NCBI RefSeq assembly: GCF_009914755.1
Contig: NC_060925.1
DNA from: the human T2T-CHM13v2.0 reference genome, Homo sapiens
DNA length: 64,000 nt
Reading direction: 5' to 3' (one strand)
Part shown: one piece after another, positions 53,655-64,000 of the stretch
Layout: every line of letters begins with the position of its first letter
How positions within the stretch are numbered: position 1 is the stretch's first letter
Notes under the pieces: model-generated
Told to the model about the DNA's origin: nothing
Seen by the model: the letters and a program-made list of their open reading frames with translations, nothing else
Databases searched by the model: none
Position numbers and translations under genes: made by a program

Positions 53655-53917
<263 letters not shown>

Positions 53918-56900
53918 AAATGATTATAGTTTTTATCCTTCATTCTGTTGATACCATGTATCACACTGATTATTTGCATATATTGTACCATCCTTGCATT
54001 CCTGGGATAAATCCCACTTGGTCATGATGAATGTTCTTTTTAATGTATTGTCAAATTTTACTTGCTAATATTTTGTTGAGGAGTTTTACATCAGTACTTA
54101 TCAGAAATACTGGCCTGTAGTTTTCTTTTTTTTGATATGTCTTTGATTTGGATATCAGGGTAATACTGGCATCACAGAATGAGTTTGGAATTATTCTTCC
54201 CTCTATTTTTCAGAATAGTTTGAGTAGGAATTGTATTACTCCTTTAAATGCTTGGTAGAATTCAGCAGTAAAGCCATCAGATCCTGGGCTTTACTTTACT
54301 GGGAGACTATTATGGCTTCAATCTTGTTGCTTGTCATTGGTCTGTTCAGGTTTTAGATTTCTTTGTGGTTTGATCTTGGTAAGTTGTGTGTGTCTAGGAA
54401 TTTATCCATTTCTTCTAGGTTTTCCAATTTGTTGGCATATAGTTGCTCATAATAGTCTCTAACAATCCTTTGAATTTCTGCAGTATCAGTTGTAATGTCT
54501 CCTGTTTCATCTCTGATTTTATTTACTTGGATCTTACCTCTTTTTTTCTGTTAGTCTAAGGTTTGTTAATTGTATCTTTTCAAAAAACCAACTTTTTGTT
54601 TCTTTGATCTTTTGTGTTGTTTTCTTCATTTCAAATTCATTTATTTCTACTCTTTCTGCTTTTCTTCTATTAATCTAGAGCTTAGTTTTCTCTTTTCTAG
54701 TTCTTCAAGATGCATCATGAGGTTATTTATTTGAAGTTTTTCTTTTTTTATATATATAGGCACTTATAGCTATAAATTTCCCTCTTAGTACTGCTTTTGC
54801 TGTATCCCATAGGTTTTGGTGTGTTTTGTTTCCATTATTATTTGTTTCAAGAAATTTTTCCAATTTCCTTCTTAATTCCTTTATTGACTCACTGGTCATT
54901 CAGGAACCTATTGTTTAATTTCCATGGGTTTGTATAGTTTCCAAAATTCCCCTTGTTATTAATTTCTGATTTTATTCCATAGCAGTTGAGAAGATACTTG
55001 ATATAATTTTAATTTTTTGGAATGTTTTAAGACTTGTTCTGTAACCTAACATATGGTCTATCCTTGAATGATGCCGTGCTGAGGAGAATATATATTCTGC
55101 AGCCATTGGATGAAATGTTCTGTAAATATCTATTAGGTCCATGTAGTCTATAGTGCAGATTAGGTCTGATGTTTCCTTGTTGATTTTCTGTCTGGAAGAT
55201 CTAATGCTGAAAGTGGGATGTTGAAGTCTCCTGCTATTATTGTATTGAGGTCTATTTCTCTCTCCTTAGCTCTAATAATATATATCATATATTATATAAT
55301 AATTATATATATAAAATATATAATTGTAATATATGATAAAATACCTCTCTCTTTAGCTCTAGTAAAGCAAGTAACACTTGCTTTATGTGTCTGGGTACTC
55401 CAGTGTTGGATGCATATACATTTACAATTGTTATATCCTCTTGCTGAATTGACCCCTTTATTATTATATAATGACCTTTTTGTCTCTTCTTGCAGTTTTT
55501 GTCTTATAATCTATTTTGTCTGATATAAATGTAGCTACTGCTACTGTTTTTTGGTTTTCACTGGCATGGAATGTCTTTTTCCAGTCCTTTATTTCCATTC
55601 TATGTGTACCTTTACAGGTGACATATGTTTCTTCTAGGCAATAGATCATCAGGTCTTGCTTTTTTTATTCACTCATCTTCTCTATGTCTTTTGATTGGAG
55701 AGTTTAGTCCATATGGATTGAGTGTTATTAATGATCAGTAAGGACTTACTCCTGCCATTTTGTTATTTGTTTTCTGGTTGTTTTGTGATTGTCTCTTCCT
55801 TATTTCCTTCCTTCCTTTTAGTGAAGGTGATTTTATCTGTGGTATGATTTAATTTCTTGCTTTTTATTTTCTTGTGTATCCATTGTATTTTTTTATTTGA
55901 GTTTACCAGGACGCTTGAAAATACTATATTATAACTCATAATTATAAACTGAGGACAAATTAACACTGATTGTATAAACAAAGAAGCAAACAAGCAAAAA
56001 GAAAATGAATAAAAACTGTACAATTTAACTTCATCCCTTCCTTTTAAATTTTTTGTTATTTCTCTTTATGTCTTATTGTACTTTGTCTTGAAGATTTGTT
56101 CTAGTTATTATTTTGATTGGTTCATTGTTTAGTCTTTCTACCTAAGAGTATGTTACCCACCACAATTACAGTTTAATATTCTATGTTTTTCTGTGTGCTA
56201 TTACCAGTGAGTTTTGTACCTTCAGATGATTTCTTATTGCTCGTTAATGTCCTTTTCTTTCGCATTGAAGAACCCCCTTTAGCATTTCTTGTAGGAGAGA
56301 TCTAGTGTTCACGAAATCCCTTAGCTTTTGTTGTCTGGAAGGTCTTTATTTCTCCTTCATGCTTACAGGATATTTTTGCCAGATACACTATTATAGAGTA
56401 AAAGGTTTTTTTCCTAAGCACTTTAAATATGTCATGCCACTCTCTCCTGCCCTGTAAGGTTTCCACTGGAAAGTCTGCTGTTAGACATATTGGAGCTCCT
56501 TTGTATGTTACTTGTTTCTTTTCTCTTGCTGCTCTTAGGATCCTTTCTTTATCTTTGACCTTTGGGAGTTTGATTTTTAAATGCCATGAGGTAGTCTCCT
56601 TTGGGTTAAATCTGCTTGGTGCTCTATAACCTTCATGTGCTTGAATATTGGTATCTTTCTCTAGGTTTGGGAAGTTCTCTGATATTATCCCTTTGAATAA
56701 ACTTTTTACCTCATTTTTTCTGTACCTCCTCTTTTGGGCCAATAACTCTTAGAATTGCCCTTTTGAGGCTGTTTTCTAGATACTGTAGGTGTGCTTTATT
56801 GTTCTTTATTCTTGTTTTTTTTTGTCTCCTCTGACTGTGTATTTTCAAATAGGCTGTCTTCAAGCTCACTAATTCTTTCTTCTACTTGATCGATTCTGCT

Positions 56901-57425
56901 GTTAAGAGACTCTGATTCATTGTTTAGCATGTCAGTTGTATTTTTCAACTCTAGATTTCTGTTTGATTCTTTTTAATTATTTCAGTCTCTGTTAAATTTA
57001 TGTGACAGGATTCTGCATTTCTTCTCTCTGTTATCTTGATTTTTTGTTGTTGTTTTCTCAAAACAACTATTTTTAATTTTCTATCTGAAAGGTCACATAT
57101 CTCTGTTTCTCCAGGATTGGTCCCTAGTGCCTTATTTAGTTCATTTGGTGAGGTCATGTTTTCCTGGATGGTCTTGATCCTTATAGATGTTTGTTGGTGT
57201 CTGGGCATTGAAGAGTTAGGCATTTATTGTAGTTTTTGCAGGCTGGGTTTCTTTGTGCCCATCCTTGGGAAGGCTTTCCAGGTATTCGAAGGGACCTAGG
57301 TCCTAAACCCAATAACAATAAGTACCACCTTGGTATTCTTGGATACGATTCAGAAGAATTATCTGGATTAATAGGCAGAGACTCTTGTTCTTTTCCCTTA
57401 CATTCTTCCAAACAAACAAAGTCAG

Positions 57426-57430
57426 TCTCC

Positions 57431-57463
<33 letters not shown>

Positions 57464-57520
57464 TCTCCCTCCCTCCCTCCCTCCCTCCCTCACTCTCTGT
57501 CTCTCTCTTTCTCTCTCTCT
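57426..57520. repeat. (CT)n/(CCCT)n polypyrimidine repeat in the L1MA 5' region
   Basis: Read directly. Confidence 0.9.
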
Positions 57521-60500
57521 GTGCTGAGCCTCTTGGAACTGGGGGTTGGGGGACATAAACATCCCTGTGGCCACCACCACTGGGACTGCGCTGGGTGAGA
57601 CATGAAACCAGCACAGCACTGGATCTTGCCCACAGCCAGCTGTAACCACTACCTGGCTGCCACTTAAATTAACTCAAGGCCCTGGAGCCCTATGATCAGC
57701 AGGTGGCAAAGTGAGCTAGGTTCGTGTCCCTCTCTTCAGGATGGTGAGTTTCCCCAAGCCGCGAGTGGATTCAGAGATATCGTCTGGGAGCTAGGGATTG
57801 AAGTCAAAAACCTTAGAAATTTACCTGGTATTCTATTCTATTCTGGCTAAGCTGGCATTCAAACCACAAGACAGACAGAATTCTTCCCATTCTTCACCTT
57901 CCACAGACAGAGAAACCTCTCCCTGTGGCCACCAACACTGGCCCATGTGGGTGTGTGGGGGTGTTGCCAGGCCACTGCTAATGCTCACCTAAAGCACAAA
58001 GGCTCTTCAGTCAGCTTGTGATGAATGCTGTCAGGCCTGGGACTCACCCTTCAGGACAGTGGGCTCTCCTCTGATCCAGACTAGGTCCAGAAATGCTGAC
58101 CAAGAGCCTAGGCCTGGACTCAGGGACCCCGAGAGCCTGCGTGGTGCTCTACCCTACTGTGGCTGAGCTGGTACCTAAGCTGCACGACACAGTCACCTTT
58201 ACCTTTCCCCCTACTTTTCTCAAGCAGCAGTCTTTCACCATAGTTACCACAGCAGGGAATGTGCTGGGTCACGCCTAAAGCCAGCATGTCTCAGAGCCCA
58301 GTATCCGTGGTGTATTTATTACCTGGGTATTGCTATTGGTTATTCAGGGCCCAGGGGCTCTTGAGCAGGCAGGTGATGAAACCTGCCAGGTCTCTGCTGT
58401 GACAGGGCAGCACTGAGTTCAATGAAAAGTCCATCAGCCACTGTGCTCCCCCTCTCACAATCACACAGATTTCTCCATACCAGGTGGCTGCTGCCGGGAG
58501 CTAAGGGAGAGGTGGCGTAAGCACTCCCTTAGCTGCCCTGGCTGGTGTCTCGTAGGTTGCAGTCAGGTGTCTCTGATCCCAGCTCAGCACTAGGACTTGT
58601 CTAGGAATTGCAGTCCTTGTGGCCTAGACTGCCACTCATTTCACTCGGGGCCCAGAGCACTCCAGCCCCCAGTGGTGAGGCTTGCTGGAACTCAGTCTCC
58701 AATCACTGGAATGGGCAATTCCCCTATGGCTAGGGTCGACCCAAATGCTCCCTTTGTTGGCATATGTCAGCTGAGTACAGCCTGGTTCTGCTTTCCCTTG
58801 TGACAGGGGAGCACTGAGTTCAATGCAAATCCTGACAATCTCTGTGCTCACCCTCTCCCAAGCATGCAAATTCTCACCACCACTGCAGGGAGGATGGGGG
58901 AGTGGTAGCACTGGCAATTCCAGACTGCCTTTCCTATCTTCTTCAGTGTCTCTTTCAGTGATATGAAGTCCAAACCAGGCACTATGATTGCTCACCTGCT
59001 TTTTGTCTCTTGTAACGGTACTTTTAGTGTGTAGTTAGTTGTTAAAATTTGGTGTTTCTGTGGGGGTAGGGGGATGAGTAGTGTAGGCTTCTATCCCGCC
59101 ACTTTGCTCTGCCCTCCGTCACCATCTATCCTCTAAACTAAATGCATATTATCTTTGATGGTGGGCCATTTTACAAACAGGTGAAAACTGTTGGAGAAAA
59201 CATTAAATTTATTAATATTTTGAAATATTTTATATAACTTTGAGATAATCCTTTTGCTGTATAAAACTAAAGATTTATTAATCATCTCAGAAAAATATTT
59301 GTTTGATTTTCTTGAATTATAAAGGATACTTTTGGAGCAAACATTTACCTATAACCTTATTTGAAAAAAAGGTCCTGTGTGGTGTTTATCATGGTATCAA
59401 ATTATTAAATCTTGCCGTTTTTCCCAAGTTTGTTTGCTTCCTTAATCTTACTGGTTATTAAATTGAACTCCTATGTTAAGAATTGTAGACATAACATTAC
59501 CATTTTTACAAAGTAGTGTAAACTTGTCTTTTCTATAGTTTCCTAAAGCCTTTACTTGGTAATTGCTGGATATTTTAATATGGCTGGGAGTGTTTGTGGT
59601 TCAGGAACTTGGAGAAGGTTGAAGACTAGTTTCTGATTGCGGGGGGAAGTTTAAGTATTGTTTTCCAGAAAGATTTTAGTATTAATACTGAGGTTGCTTT
59701 TTGCAGTGTTTGCTAGACTTTTCTAATCCTCTGTTATTTCACATACCGTGAAAATATGGACCAACATTCAGATGGTTGAATTGTCATAGTATTTTTTGAT
59801 CTCTCATATTATGCTTTCCCATTGAGGTAACAAAAACTTAAAACAGGAAAACTTAAAATAATCAAGTTATACTTGTAAAGAAAATTATTTTTTTCTACTT
59901 TATTACTTTATAAAGTTAACAAACTTTAGAGATTAAAATTAATAGTAAGGTTCTTTTGTTTTCAGTTTTGACCTTTTCAACATTTTATCCATGAAACACA
60001 TGTCTTAGCTATTGTGTATGCTGTCAGGATTTCAAAATGTAGTTTCATATTTGCCTAATATGCTTATCTAATTTGCATGGCAATACAATATTTCCGTGAA
60101 AATTCTGGGAGCTTTAATACCAGATTGAGTTTTTTAAAAGCCATCAGAACAAATTAAAGCACCTTTGTTTGGCAATAACCTTTTAAATAATCATATTCAA
60201 ATAAAAGCTAATTGATGAGACAACAGGGGCCAAATTTTAAGTCAAGACTGTATTAAAAAATACCCAACTGATGACCGTCAACTGGTAATGATTCTACAAC
60301 CAAAATAGTCTTACTAATGTCAAATCAGGAAAGCAAAACCAACTTTTAGAGGGATTTATTAAGCTGCCTTGTCAGTGTCTTCAATAATGCATTGTTTGCT
60401 TCTGTTGAATTTTTTGTTGCTTGTTTCACCTTTTGAAATCTGATTTATACATCAAATTCAAAATTGCTGGAAAAAGAAGGATACTACAAGAAAATACACT

Positions 60501-60581
60501 CATAAATTAACATCATTCTAATCTTCAGTTCAAAATTTGTCAAACTAGAATGAATTTTTAAAGTACATTGTTAGCAATGGC

Positions 60582-64000
<3,419 letters not shown>

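Noticed and set aside
57236-57649. SLSLS / RERER ORFs
   Set aside because: Translations of a (CT)n repeat.

Overview
Primate, most likely human (it carries an AluYa5), genomic DNA from inside MAGI3 on the + strand. Seven phase-compatible GT-AG coding exons (120, 210, 175, 80, 58, 95 and 189 nt; provisionally exons 3-9, numbering from memory) encode the end of the guanylate-kinase-like region, an acidic linker, WW1, WW2 and the first half of a PDZ domain. The rest is repeat-rich intron: about 23 Alus, several L1s, and L2/MIR/MLT/MER relics. Nearly every ORF in the supplied track is an L1 or Alu artefact. Best leads: (1) two inverted L1PA3-like copies about 30.6 kb apart share private mutations, including two ORF2 frameshifts. 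They bracket a 342-nt, frame-symmetric, stop-free three-exon block, giving circRNA, exon-skipping and inversion potential. (2) A 75-nt in-frame exonised Alu lands in the middle of WW2, next to an inverted Alu. (3) An intact ORF0-like frame in an antisense L1 5'UTR points at exon 3. (4) WW1 and WW2 have introns at the same codon position, which would allow a chimeric WW domain. Subfamily calls and the boundaries of old repeats were made by eye and are approximate.
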